From the NCBI GenBank assembly GCA_048938105.1, contig JBHLMN010000002.1:96001-160000 (forward strand): DNA of 64,000 nt, read 5' to 3'. Of this stretch, positions 20,301 through 29,682 are shown piece after piece. The notes beneath the pieces are model-generated. The model saw only the letters and a program-made list of their open reading frames with translations. It ran no database searches and had not been told where the DNA came from. How positions within the stretch are numbered: position 1 is the first letter of the stretch; each line of letters starts with the position of its first letter. Made by a program: the position numbers and the translations under genes. The stretch comes from Promethearchaeota archaeon (GTDB lineage: Archaea > Asgardarchaeota > Heimdallarchaeia > Hodarchaeales > Hodarchaeaceae).

Positions 20301-23075
20301 ACAGAGTTGGATAGTTTAGACTACAATGAACGATTGATTCTAAAAGATCCCAATGATCTCATCAGAGTTCTTTCAATTGGAGAGTTAACGGATCACTGTA
20401 TTTCAGTAAATCAAATACATTCTTCTGATAAAGTGAGGAATGTCGATTACATTGTTGTACCTAAAGGATGGCAAGCTTTATCTGTTACAGATAGGGGAAT
20501 AACCGAATGGAAACCAATCTTAAAATGTGTACGCCAAAAAACCTCAAGAAAATTAACCAAAATAAAAACCCCATTTGGTTCTGTAAAAACAACTGAATCT
20601 CATAGTGTTTTTCATAATTTACAGGATAGAATTGAACCCATTGAAGTAAAAAAGTTAAAATCTGAATATATCACTCATATAAGTAAAATTCCACCAATAG
20701 AAAAAAAGGTCTTATTTATCGATTTTACCAAATTCAAACCTCCAGAACTCGATTTATATGTATTTGTACCTGTGAAAGATAATGTTAAAAGCAATTACCC
20801 AATTTCGAATATTAGGTACGATAGAAATTCGAAGAATAAAAGGACAGATTATTACAAAATTCAATTTAAAGATTTTAACGGAAATATTACGCCTGATACT
20901 ATTGTTGGAACAGAGAAAGGCTACAAATATCCTGCTCGGATTAAATTAGATGAAAATATTGCAGAATTGTGTGGATGGTTTGTAGCAGAAGGTAGTTCAG
21001 GTGTTTATAAAGATAAAATTAGTGTTGGTATCTCTCAGAAGGATGAAAAACGATTAAACCACATTAAAAAAATAATTGAAGATGTCGCTATTCACTTATT
21101 GACGCCTTTCAAGATTAAACCTTCTCTTTCTGACTCTAGATCCAATACAAAAAGACTTGCAATGGATAATATATTCTTCTACCATCTTTTCGAAATCCTT
21201 GGGTGTGGTCACGATGCTTTCGAAAAAAGAATACCTAAATTAATCTTATCTTCCTCAAATAAATTAAAGAAAGCTTTCTTGCGAGGATACTTTGGTGGAG
21301 ATGGGGACTTTCAAGGAAAAAGAAAAACATTTTGGACATCGAGTGATGGTTTAAGAGATGATTTATTTGTACTCGGCAAACAACTAGGATATATCATAAG
21401 TATTCAAGAGACAATATCAAGTTCTTCTGGAAATACAAGTCACATAATAAATTATATGGATAAAGACAATTGGAAAGCGGGTAGTAGATCACATTACGAT
21501 CATCTGGAATTAAATGATACAATTGGAATACAAAATAGATCTTTGAGTCAAGAGAACAAAACATCAAATCATGTCTACGATTTGTCTGTTTTAGATAATA
21601 ATAATTTTGTAGCCGCCAATGGTGGGATTGTATGCCATAATACTGATGGTATTTGGCTGTGGGTTCCTAAATTATTTCCATTAGAATTTTCTGTAACAAT
21701 TACCAACTCATATAGAGAAGATAAATTTAAGGTCTTCAAAGTCAGTCTTATAGATAAAATTCTCAATGAAAAAGTAGCAACATTTTCAAAAAACGATAAT
21801 TACTGGATAAATAATGGAGAAACAATTATACGGTCAAGTAAAAGCCTCATTCAATTTGAGCAAGATGGGCCTTATGATTTCCAATTTGTGATGGGGAAGA
21901 AGAAATATATTGTTTACAATTATAATCAGAAAAACCAAACATGGATAGAAAAGGAATTAACAGGGTTAGAATCAAAACGAGCGGACTTCTCAAAACTGCA
22001 AAAATATTTTCAAGAGAGAATCATTAATACTTTTTTAGATCAGTACAACCCAGATGATCCCATTACAATTGATCAGCTATATGAGAATGCGAATAGAGAA
22101 GCAGATCTAATTCGTACTGAGATGATTAATGGCCGGATGGATTCTAGTTATTTTGTCAAACCAAAGGCAATCAACAAACCGTTGAGAGCTTATAAATCAA
22201 AATTACCTCAAGTTTCTGCAGCATACATTTTGAAAGATCTTGGATATTCCGTGGATCCAGGTACCAGGATTCAGATGCTTAATATCAAAGGAAATCATGT
22301 TATACCTAGACAACTATTGGATTTTGATTTTAAAACAATAAAAAGGGTTCTAGTGAAACACGCTATCGCTAGTCTTAGTTTTATGTTAGGTGAACTCAGT
22401 ACGAAAGATGATTTACAAAAATTAATTGATGTTAATCAATATATTGAAGATATTTTTGGACCTGGACGAATTTACGATCGGATGATTCGATATCCAAAGG
22501 AATTTCAGCAATTAACACCACAAACTCAAAGGAAATTAGACTTAAATGAACTGAGAACAGTACAGCGGCAAAAAGTGAGAGATTACGATCTAAAGTTACC
22601 AAAAAAGAGTTTCAAGAAAAAACGAAGAACTATGAGAGTTAAAATAAAAAATGAAAAACAAGCTATTAATATCAAGACGTTTAAGCAAAAAAAGTTAGGA
22701 ACTCAGAGCTTAGATAATCTTTTTCAAAATGACAAGCAAGTAAATCAGCCTGAATCTGTTCCTATAGTTAAAAGAGTAAGTGATAAGAAAATTACTAGCT
22801 CTAAAAGTGATATTGAAGCTAAAGTATACCATCCGCCCTCTCAAGCCGTATTAATAACGACACCTAAGGGAACAGAAGGAAAAGCTCAGCTGATTTCTTC
22901 AGAAGAGATTCAAGAATTAGAAACAAACGAGATTTTCACAAATGGCAATAATGAATTAGAATTAGATACCCCAAAAGAAGAGCTTATGGTATGTTCGGAA
23001 TGTGGAGCTTTAGTAAATCCGTTGGAAATCACGAGTGAGGGGTGTACCTTTTGTGGAGGACAACGTCTTAGATAA
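17391..23075 (+). CDS. polB: Family B DNA polymerase, Pol-epsilon-like, containing one intein
   Basis: Exo I FDIET, Exo III YSGSD, YTGGLVE...GIWRSD, motif A HVDVTSMYP, motif B KVPLNSIYG, motif C ELD|TDG split by the intein, GLESKR, C-terminal CxxC...CxxC. Confidence 0.93.
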   Translation: MSNQGRTKTFYQGYRSWFQPFRYNEREKIPIFVLDYETHSQWEDTHDYTSQYEDREYSKTKLINGIQIYFLDEDYKKRKAFLRHEPYYYLLLEDGLSQKEINKVMAQIRQVEDKQVINVEKGDYYDAADLTFLKRKTFLKVTADRPRSVPNLRVKSEEITGVQEWREADVLFHHRCAIDHDVRVGAWYLAEINRGEIINLSPLHNKTPPQLKILAFDIETDFEQTRDPNPNKDEISMISLFTGTENKLLINAGVVETKDVKNFDILLRQKDDATYPKPWVDWKYSKTPKEVIDVIEKFPIEVIIVKTEKELLQLFYQFIDDYRPDVITDFFGGRFDIPFLAIRSEKHKISFEKETGFEIKFRLTRNLSRKDLHQYYSSANIDHVAGAGIIHLDAYLFNEKYSYLPKKDLGLKPSVEKKLKIIPIGREALLNIKSDPVSAVAYSGSDGYITWKYVREIVLDFFISMGQIFPVPASELLTRRAGSLDDLLIDAEDYKHQIIGRRRVGQNDIVSFSPGIVIESLAYTGGLVEAKRPGIWRSDLNYSFKVNKISLRNLKEVIRRVIEKESNILAKKVIKEEFEKHLLAELGEVKVEYAEDPVQFLKEVEVELLRNGIPHQELKRQLDSIRNILEEISSYQPINVEEVTTDILAQIEKLSSLDGITQLKGVHVDVTSMYPSQIRQYKLQPSGIVSLTKCRMCELYEPDDRCFVEGDWVIKLSANRPCRFKDKGAKKCASSVCNAQNEAKCKKYDPIQNGITRSREIFTFDGKKTEAYILINGSKLEKVPVSRTYLGASILKDPFVTLQQWLRNSVEATQLTTKLAENHFDIFEDTQENIQLPSNSFLSLDVRTKKMTILLSVHSRVCQKAYNFVARIMDDFFNTRVRHKIEAKRLSQIISQKYKNQFVPPKLLRQQKFHESTQIGMKVPLNSIYGLLGMKGGVRNASMPCAGITTKLSADLIFWAANQLDQIGLVTELDSLDYNERLILKDPNDLIRVLSIGELTDHCISVNQIHSSDKVRNVDYIVVPKGWQALSVTDRGITEWKPILKCVRQKTSRKLTKIKTPFGSVKTTESHSVFHNLQDRIEPIEVKKLKSEYITHISKIPPIEKKVLFIDFTKFKPPELDLYVFVPVKDNVKSNYPISNIRYDRNSKNKRTDYYKIQFKDFNGNITPDTIVGTEKGYKYPARIKLDENIAELCGWFVAEGSSGVYKDKISVGISQKDEKRLNHIKKIIEDVAIHLLTPFKIKPSLSDSRSNTKRLAMDNIFFYHLFEILGCGHDAFEKRIPKLILSSSNKLKKAFLRGYFGGDGDFQGKRKTFWTSSDGLRDDLFVLGKQLGYIISIQETISSSSGNTSHIINYMDKDNWKAGSRSHYDHLELNDTIGIQNRSLSQENKTSNHVYDLSVLDNNNFVAANGGIVCHNTDGIWLWVPKLFPLEFSVTITNSYREDKFKVFKVSLIDKILNEKVATFSKNDNYWINNGETIIRSSKSLIQFEQDGPYDFQFVMGKKKYIVYNYNQKNQTWIEKELTGLESKRADFSKLQKYFQERIINTFLDQYNPDDPITIDQLYENANREADLIRTEMINGRMDSSYFVKPKAINKPLRAYKSKLPQVSAAYILKDLGYSVDPGTRIQMLNIKGNHVIPRQLLDFDFKTIKRVLVKHAIASLSFMLGELSTKDDLQKLIDVNQYIEDIFGPGRIYDRMIRYPKEFQQLTPQTQRKLDLNELRTVQRQKVRDYDLKLPKKSFKKKRRTMRVKIKNEKQAINIKTFKQKKLGTQSLDNLFQNDKQVNQPESVPIVKRVSDKKITSSKSDIEAKVYHPPSQAVLITTPKGTEGKAQLISSEEIQELETNEIFTNGNNELELDTPKEELMVCSECGALVNPLEITSEGCTFCGGQRLR
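20313..21641 (+). mobile_element. Intein with LAGLIDADG homing endonuclease (443 aa) in polymerase motif C
   Basis: Starts SLDYNE after ELD; block B TTESHSVF; LAGLIDADG blocks LCGWFVAEG and FLRGYFGGDG; VYDLSV; ends CHN followed by extein T (TDG). Confidence 0.93.
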
Positions 23076-23254
23076 TAATTCACTTGACAATTAACCTTTT
23101 TCTTCAATTTATTTCAGCTACCGCAAAAATAGGGTTTTTAAATATAATAGGTAAAATTCATACACCCGAGTGTAAAAATAACAGGATAGAAATTCTTACA
23201 AGAAAACTACCATTGCTTTTTAAAGACCATATTTATGCAGAGGTTGATATTTAT

Positions 23255-25507
23255 TTGACAGAACAGTATTCATTACAGAAATATAAGTCACTAGAAAGTT
23301 TTGCACTAGATCAAACAGAACAATTTTTCAAACCGAGGACTTTTCTTGATTTAGTATTCTTACTTTTACTAATTTTCTGGTGGATATCAGCTTTTTTTTT
23401 CTCACAAACTGGAGTATTTCGTGCCACTATATTCACTGGTCTAATAGTTCTATTTGTATTTACACCATTATACATTTATCTTAAGGGAGATGATAAATCA
23501 GCAGCTTCTCCTATGAATCGTGCGGGGAAGATACTAATTTTTTATATTATCATTCTAATTTCTACCCCAAGTAGTACAATATCAAATATATGGGGTTCAA
23601 CTATTCCAATTTCTTATGGTGAGCTTGAACGAGCTCTCGTGTGTATTCTCATTCCTTTTACAATATTATTGAATAATTTTTCTCTTAAAATGCTTAAAAT
23701 GGGTTATTTGTTTTATATTCAAAGGATTCTTCAAGGTTTTTGGTTAGCAAGTTTGATTTTTTACATATTTAAGGGGATTCAGCTATACCATCCTATTGAT
23801 ATATTTCCAATAGATTTCGATTTTCTACTATTTATTACATTCTTTATGTTTTTAGGCGGTAGTTTATTTCCAGTAGCTCCCAAACAATTAAGCTTAAGTA
23901 CAACTGATCTTTTTAATCAGTATCAAGCTTTAAAATCACCAACGGAAAGAATTCGTGACGCTTTACTAGCTGGAGCTTTCTGTTTGTTAATCGTTCTTCT
24001 TTTAAAATGGGTTGATTCAGCTTATATTGAACTGTTTCAATATACTGCATTTTTAAGCTTATTAATCGGATTCATCTTGATTTTCACACCAAAAAAACAA
24101 GATAGTCGATTTGGATCTCTCATGAGTGCTATTTCTAGTCAAGGTCAGGTTATTGATCCCTCTAGTAGTCTCGGGAATCGAGTCCAGAATTTTGCTAAAA
24201 CAATTCAAGAAACCGAGTTCAGGAAGTCGGAACGAGTTTACACAATTCCAACTGATCAGATGAAGCTTGTGAGTAAGGGAAAAACATCAGTGAGAGCTAG
24301 TAAAGGAGCTATCGCTGTTCCAACAGTTACCGAAAAAGGAACTGCATTAGTTCTAATGGGTAAATCTGAAATGGAAACACAGACTGAAGATCAAGAAGCT
24401 TCATCTAAAAAAGAAATTAAGGGAACTACCACAATTTGGCTAAAACCGGAAGAATGGAACAAAATAAAACTACAGTTAAATCCTAAAGAAATGAGCGAGC
24501 TGACCGAATTCGATCTGAAAACAGCTGGTATTAATACTACAACAGAAATCTTTGAAAAAACTAGAAAGGCACTGAATGATTTGAAATCATGGCGCGGACC
24601 ACAAGGGATTTTTTCATCAGTTTTAGATTCAACACCATCTAAGTATTCAATAACAGAAACAGAAGATTATTCTTTAGTGAGGTTACCTGGGGTCTATGTT
24701 TTCGAATCTAACATGTTAGAATTGGTCAATGTTTTGGGAGGTCTTGTCAAAGTTATCGAAGTCAAGGGAGTCGGCCAATACGTCCAAGTTCTTGGAGGAT
24801 TTGTAACAGTTCTAGAAACAACTGATTATTCTTTTGTGCAAACTCCTTTTGTTTCCGTTATTGAAACACCAGTTGGGGAAAAAGTCCGAGTTTTTGGAAT
24901 AGATATTCAGGAGGGGGATCCAATTGATTTAGAAGAAATGAGAACGAAAATAATTCAAGATAAACAGAACTTCGATCAGTTATTTACCAAACGAGTAGAA
25001 TCTCTTTTTAAAGAAGATCCTCAGTTATTATTAACTGATTCAAAAGGAGAAAAGACGGGGTTCATTGTAGGGGAAGATGAACTATTGAGTGATGTCCCAA
25101 CGAGAGGTAAAGGTCTAAAAGCTATGAAAGGATTAAAGGGACTAAAGAGTCTCAAAGGAATAGAAGGATATGATTCAAAACATAGACATAGGCATAAGCA
25201 TTCTCCTCGGGCTCCTTCTCCTCCTCTTCCTCCTCCTCCTCCTCGAAAAAGGAAGAAAATTACTGTACGTTTTCCATCAGACCTCAATAGCGAGGAAATA
25301 CCAGTTGATCATCCACAACTTCAAGAAATAGAAGAAGCATTAACTCGAATTGAAGAATCTATTAATGCTACTGATGAAAAATTTCTGAATAACGAGATTT
25401 CCGAAAAAAAGCATACAGAGATAATTAATCGGTTAAACGTAAGAAAGGAGAAATTACAGAGAAAGAAGGAGGAACTTAACGATAATTTGAAACCAAAGCT
25501 GGTTTGA
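23255..25507 (+). CDS. Multi-pass membrane protein with a large soluble C-terminal region (beta-repeat, KGLK repeats, poly-Pro, coiled coil)
   Basis: About 8 TM segments; TTG at 23255 with GAGGT SD preferred over 23084; PSPPLPPPPP. Confidence 0.7.
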   Translation: MTEQYSLQKYKSLESFALDQTEQFFKPRTFLDLVFLLLLIFWWISAFFFSQTGVFRATIFTGLIVLFVFTPLYIYLKGDDKSAASPMNRAGKILIFYIIILISTPSSTISNIWGSTIPISYGELERALVCILIPFTILLNNFSLKMLKMGYLFYIQRILQGFWLASLIFYIFKGIQLYHPIDIFPIDFDFLLFITFFMFLGGSLFPVAPKQLSLSTTDLFNQYQALKSPTERIRDALLAGAFCLLIVLLLKWVDSAYIELFQYTAFLSLLIGFILIFTPKKQDSRFGSLMSAISSQGQVIDPSSSLGNRVQNFAKTIQETEFRKSERVYTIPTDQMKLVSKGKTSVRASKGAIAVPTVTEKGTALVLMGKSEMETQTEDQEASSKKEIKGTTTIWLKPEEWNKIKLQLNPKEMSELTEFDLKTAGINTTTEIFEKTRKALNDLKSWRGPQGIFSSVLDSTPSKYSITETEDYSLVRLPGVYVFESNMLELVNVLGGLVKVIEVKGVGQYVQVLGGFVTVLETTDYSFVQTPFVSVIETPVGEKVRVFGIDIQEGDPIDLEEMRTKIIQDKQNFDQLFTKRVESLFKEDPQLLLTDSKGEKTGFIVGEDELLSDVPTRGKGLKAMKGLKGLKSLKGIEGYDSKHRHRHKHSPRAPSPPLPPPPPRKRKKITVRFPSDLNSEEIPVDHPQLQEIEEALTRIEESINATDEKFLNNEISEKKHTEIINRLNVRKEKLQRKKEELNDNLKPKLV

Positions 25508-25558
25508 ATGATTTTATGAAGAAAAATGAATCCTTTTAGATTGAAAACATTATTAAAA

Positions 25559-27514
25559 TTATTCTTTGATGTCAGGAGATTTAAGGGATTGCAGTGTCAT
25601 ATTTAAGCTCTCAATCATAGAATCTAATTTGAATTTGGACTCAGCAAGTAATAATAAATCCTTCTTTAACGATAAGCGTGAGACACGAGTGGTAACCACT
25701 TTATTAACTTCATTGTGATTACTTTTCGGATTATTTTCGACCCATTCTATCAATAGCGAAACAGAATGAGCGAATAACGACATCGCATGATTTTCGTCCT
25801 TTTCCTTCAGAATAATAATCGCAGCATTATGATAAGCAGTACTTGCTCTCCGTAAACTAATCAATGCATTCATTAATGCCTTTTTCTTTTGATCTAACAC
25901 AATTTCTGTGGAAGGAAGTGTTGACATTCCTTTGGTTCCGGCGAGAAATAGCTCTGCAGCTTTTTCAAAATCTTCCATTTTAAAAAGAGTATTTGCATAC
26001 TGAATTTGAATAGGAATAAGATCAGATATAGGAGTACTTGATTTAGATAGACACTGAAGAGCGTAATCAAATGAGTCAAGAGCGATAGAACATGTGTTCA
26101 TTTTTTCCTCTATTTTCCCCTTTTCAAATGAAATCAGCCCTAAAAGTCTGTTTTCTCGAATAGTGATCTCTTCTTTTTTTAGTAAGGATAATGCACGGGA
26201 AAGTAGCTCATAAGACCTTTCCCTATCTCTGATCATTCGAGCTCCGTCATATAATGACTTAGCTGCGGAAATATGATCTCCAGCTTCAATAAAAAGTTTT
26301 GTTGCCTTTTCTAAAAGATTTACACCTTTTTCTTTATTTCCTAGTGAGAAGTAAGCGCTCACTGCTAAGATTAAAGATGTCGCTGCTTTTTTGGAGTTTT
26401 TCTCTGTTTGTTGCAATAATCGAGAGGCTTCCTCTCTTTTCTTGGCTGATCTTCCGATTAATCCAATAGTATAAGTAGGATTTTCTCCCCTCTCTTTTTC
26501 AGCTTGAAACATTAACCTACTCGCAAAAGTCGATAGATAATCAGCTGCTGTCTGTTTATCCGATACTAAGTTGACCGCTTTATCAAAGCATACATTAGCT
26601 TCTTCATATCGAGACTGTTCATGGAGAACAATACCCATATCATAATTCAGCGATGCGTTTAACGAAGGATCTTTTATCCATAGGGTCGCAGCTTGAATGA
26701 GTTCAATGGCTTTATCATATTCCTGTAAATGATAGGCGCATTTACCTGCAAAATATGAGGCTTCGCCAGCCTTTTCAAATAATCGAATACGAGAGTAACA
26801 ATTCGTAGCTTTCTCGAAAGCTTCCCCTGCTTCTCTATAGCTGTTTCCAGTTAAAAAAATTCTACCAACCAAAGCAAAAGCATGTCCTGCTCCTTTATCA
26901 TCAACGTTTTCTAGTCGGTTTGCAACTCGTAAAGCAGTCCATAATTGATTTCTGTCCTTGAGATTTTCCCATGCTTCTTTTGCTGTTTCAAGATCTTGTA
27001 AAGCTCGAGGAATGGCATAATCAGAATTTACTTCGAAGGAAATTGCGTCAAACTTCTCTTCTTTTTCTAAAGTATGAAGTGATTCAGCAATTTTATCCCA
27101 AATTTTTTGGGCTGAAAAATCAGCAATCTCTTGTTTTAGGATATCTAGATATTCAAAAATGTTGTTATTCAGATGAGAACTTAAGATTTCAGCTGTAGCT
27201 TGATCTGTCAAAAATGCTAAAAAGAAAGGGCGTTCTTTTCCCCGTAAACTAGTATCTAGCCATGAATCAAAAGCTACCCTAGCTATGACACCCTTGCCTA
27301 AGCTTAATAAAGGAATAGAGAATTCTGTTCTTTGTGAATGACCATGTTGCCCAAATACTGTCACAGATGCAAGATAAATTTGCAAAGCGACAGATTCCGG
27401 GTCATTTAAAGCGGCATGCGGGAAAAGAGAAATTATAGATGGACCTGATATGTCATCCCACCGAACAGCCAGGATAGTGAGGTCCATTCTTGGTTGTTCT
27501 ATAAAATCTTGCAT
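25559..27514 (-). CDS. Longin/uDENN-like N-terminal domain plus alpha-SNAP-like TPR solenoid
   Basis: ILAVRWDDISGPSIISLFP resembles the FDxxxGP uDENN/longin strand; repeats such as EAGEAFEKATNCY...KAGEASYFAG. Confidence 0.6.
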   Translation of the reverse strand: MQDFIEQPRMDLTILAVRWDDISGPSIISLFPHAALNDPESVALQIYLASVTVFGQHGHSQRTEFSIPLLSLGKGVIARVAFDSWLDTSLRGKERPFFLAFLTDQATAEILSSHLNNNIFEYLDILKQEIADFSAQKIWDKIAESLHTLEKEEKFDAISFEVNSDYAIPRALQDLETAKEAWENLKDRNQLWTALRVANRLENVDDKGAGHAFALVGRIFLTGNSYREAGEAFEKATNCYSRIRLFEKAGEASYFAGKCAYHLQEYDKAIELIQAATLWIKDPSLNASLNYDMGIVLHEQSRYEEANVCFDKAVNLVSDKQTAADYLSTFASRLMFQAEKERGENPTYTIGLIGRSAKKREEASRLLQQTEKNSKKAATSLILAVSAYFSLGNKEKGVNLLEKATKLFIEAGDHISAAKSLYDGARMIRDRERSYELLSRALSLLKKEEITIRENRLLGLISFEKGKIEEKMNTCSIALDSFDYALQCLSKSSTPISDLIPIQIQYANTLFKMEDFEKAAELFLAGTKGMSTLPSTEIVLDQKKKALMNALISLRRASTAYHNAAIIILKEKDENHAMSLFAHSVSLLIEWVENNPKSNHNEVNKVVTTRVSRLSLKKDLLLLAESKFKLDSMIESLNMTLQSLKSPDIKE

Positions 27515-27523
27515 ATTAGTCGT

Positions 27524-29290
27524 TTAAGTCAGCTCCTTTAATTTTTCTTTTAAACGACGCAAGTCGACCATTTTTTTCTCTGATGTTGTTGTCTTCTCAA
27601 CTAGTTGAAGTTTTTCTTCTTTGGGAAATTCGATCGTAGGTGCCAAAGGGGTGAATGACTCGGATCCATTTATCCTTAAAACTAGGATAGTTCTAACTTC
27701 GTCAGAGCATAATTTCCAAGTTAGAATTTGATGAGTTTTTTCGTTCTTTATGAAGGGGGTCAAATGGAGTGGATCTATCAACGTTAGATTGAAATCTGAA
27801 GGAATTCGATCAGTTATAGTAATGTCGTTTGTTGTAAAATTCTCAACAGAATAGAACCATAGGTACTCACATTGGTTTGTATCTACAACTGGTTGTGATA
27901 TTTTTTCAACTTTAACAGAACCAATATTACACTCATATTCATCAATGTAATGTCTGGTTAGAGGTTTCTCACGAAATTCGTAAAACACGGAAAAATTGTC
28001 GCCTGGTAGTAATGTACTAAAAATCCATCTGAATAAGGTGCTATCGTGGGTTGGAATTGTCACAGGTTTGATTTTTTTATTTGAATTTGAATTTTTTACT
28101 ATTAGTTCACGGGGAATGATATCCTCCACCAAGATTTCGTGAAAAACTTTTCCTGATGTATTTACAAAATCCAAGTTAGCCTCTAAATCTTGTTGAACGG
28201 ACTGGTAAATAGTAACTACAGAAACTTTACTTTCTTTTCTCAAAATAATAGAGCGTTCAACTCGCTTTCTCAAGATATATTCAACAGAAATCTTTTCACC
28301 AGGCTCTATCCTATCTTTTTTCCAAGTGAAAATCAATCCATCATTTGTACGCTTTTTTTCATCTAATTCAAAGTCCGTTATAATATTAACTACTTGAAAG
28401 CTGAATGGAATAGTATTAATTATTTCGATGTCAATCAACTCATCCTCAAATTCATTTGTGATTTCTGTTGTTGCTGTGTAATCTAAATCAAGATTATCAC
28501 TGCTTTTTAAAAATTCAGATGGAATTAATTTTTCTTTAATCTCAGAATCAGGAGGATATCTGTTTGTAAATGTGTCAACAACATCATTTAAGCTTTCACT
28601 AGGTTCTACTGGACTTAAGGTAAACTGAGGTTCAATAACTTGTGACTCACCAGATGTATTCTTTACAAATGCATTTGTTTGGATTTCCTGATTAATTTTC
28701 TCTCTTGTTGCTTGTGAAACGGCCGCAAGGACGGCGTAGGAACCCAAAGTTGATGGTTGTTCCTTCTCGAGTTGAGGGATCATGAATTCTTGCTTTTTTG
28801 GTTGAGTGTCATCATCAATCGAGAAAAAATCATTGTTAAGGGGGATGATCTCCTCTTCCTCTTCAATTGGTAGAATATCAACATCTGGAAGGGCTTCAAC
28901 TACCTTTGTTGACTTTTCCTCTTCCTCAATTTTTGCTTTCTTCTGTCTTTCTAATGTATCTAAAGCAATTCTATATTGATGCATTGATGAGGAAAATCCA
29001 TATTCCTTACCTTTTTCAAGCAAGATTTCAGCTGTATCTATATCATCAATCATTAAATGCCTCATTATTGCTTTTCCATAACAAGATGCCGCTCTTTCTT
29101 TATTATCTAAATCAAGAAAAAAGTCTCCAGCTAAAGTGAGATATTGACCAGCTTTTTTCCGATCTCCCAGTTTGTCATAGCATTTTGCTGCTTCTTCAAA
29201 AATTGTTGCTGAAACATCGAGAGAATGTTTAGAAGCTTCTGTAGCCTCACGTACTAGCTCTTCGCAGTCTGATTGTTGCATTAGAGTCAC
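27524..29290 (-). CDS. SNAP-like TPR N-terminus, acidic linker, three DUF11-like beta-sandwich domains
   Basis: FEEAAKCYDKLGDRKKAGQYL; IINTIP/VEDIIP/ITDRIP...LxW...LxPGE-type repeats; no signal peptide. Confidence 0.55.
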   Translation of the reverse strand: MTLMQQSDCEELVREATEASKHSLDVSATIFEEAAKCYDKLGDRKKAGQYLTLAGDFFLDLDNKERAASCYGKAIMRHLMIDDIDTAEILLEKGKEYGFSSSMHQYRIALDTLERQKKAKIEEEEKSTKVVEALPDVDILPIEEEEEIIPLNNDFFSIDDDTQPKKQEFMIPQLEKEQPSTLGSYAVLAAVSQATREKINQEIQTNAFVKNTSGESQVIEPQFTLSPVEPSESLNDVVDTFTNRYPPDSEIKEKLIPSEFLKSSDNLDLDYTATTEITNEFEDELIDIEIINTIPFSFQVVNIITDFELDEKKRTNDGLIFTWKKDRIEPGEKISVEYILRKRVERSIILRKESKVSVVTIYQSVQQDLEANLDFVNTSGKVFHEILVEDIIPRELIVKNSNSNKKIKPVTIPTHDSTLFRWIFSTLLPGDNFSVFYEFREKPLTRHYIDEYECNIGSVKVEKISQPVVDTNQCEYLWFYSVENFTTNDITITDRIPSDFNLTLIDPLHLTPFIKNEKTHQILTWKLCSDEVRTILVLRINGSESFTPLAPTIEFPKEEKLQLVEKTTTSEKKMVDLRRLKEKLKELT

Positions 29291-29298
29291 TCCATGAG

Positions 29299-29682
29299 TT
29301 ATTTTACAACTTTATATTTAGAAGTAATGGTTAACACTTCTGACACGCGAGGATTGTAATCTTCTAGAGGATTTCGGTCATCATACTTAATAGATTGGAA
29401 TGTCCTTGAAAAAATCACCCAAGAAACACGTTTATTTTGACTTTTAGCGAAACGAGACAGTCTTTCAAACGCGTCTTCACCTTTGATACCAAAGGATTGT
29501 TCGCATAGCACACGTATCTCATCAAGAATATTTGGAGTGCGGTTTCTAGAGAAAAGACTCAATTTTTCTAGAAGATTCGCTTCTTTAGGATTAATTTTCT
29601 TCTTTTTCAGCAATTCAATTATAAAAGACGGATCTTGTAAGGATTGACTAGCTTCAGCGAAGGTTAAATTAATAAAAGGCAC
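29299..29682 (-). CDS. Hypothetical protein, possibly beta-grasp/ubiquitin-like
   Basis: GTG start with GAGGA SD; first gene of a tight operon. Confidence 0.55.
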   Translation of the reverse strand: MPFINLTFAEASQSLQDPSFIIELLKKKKINPKEANLLEKLSLFSRNRTPNILDEIRVLCEQSFGIKGEDAFERLSRFAKSQNKRVSWVIFSRTFQSIKYDDRNPLEDYNPRVSEVLTITSKYKVVK

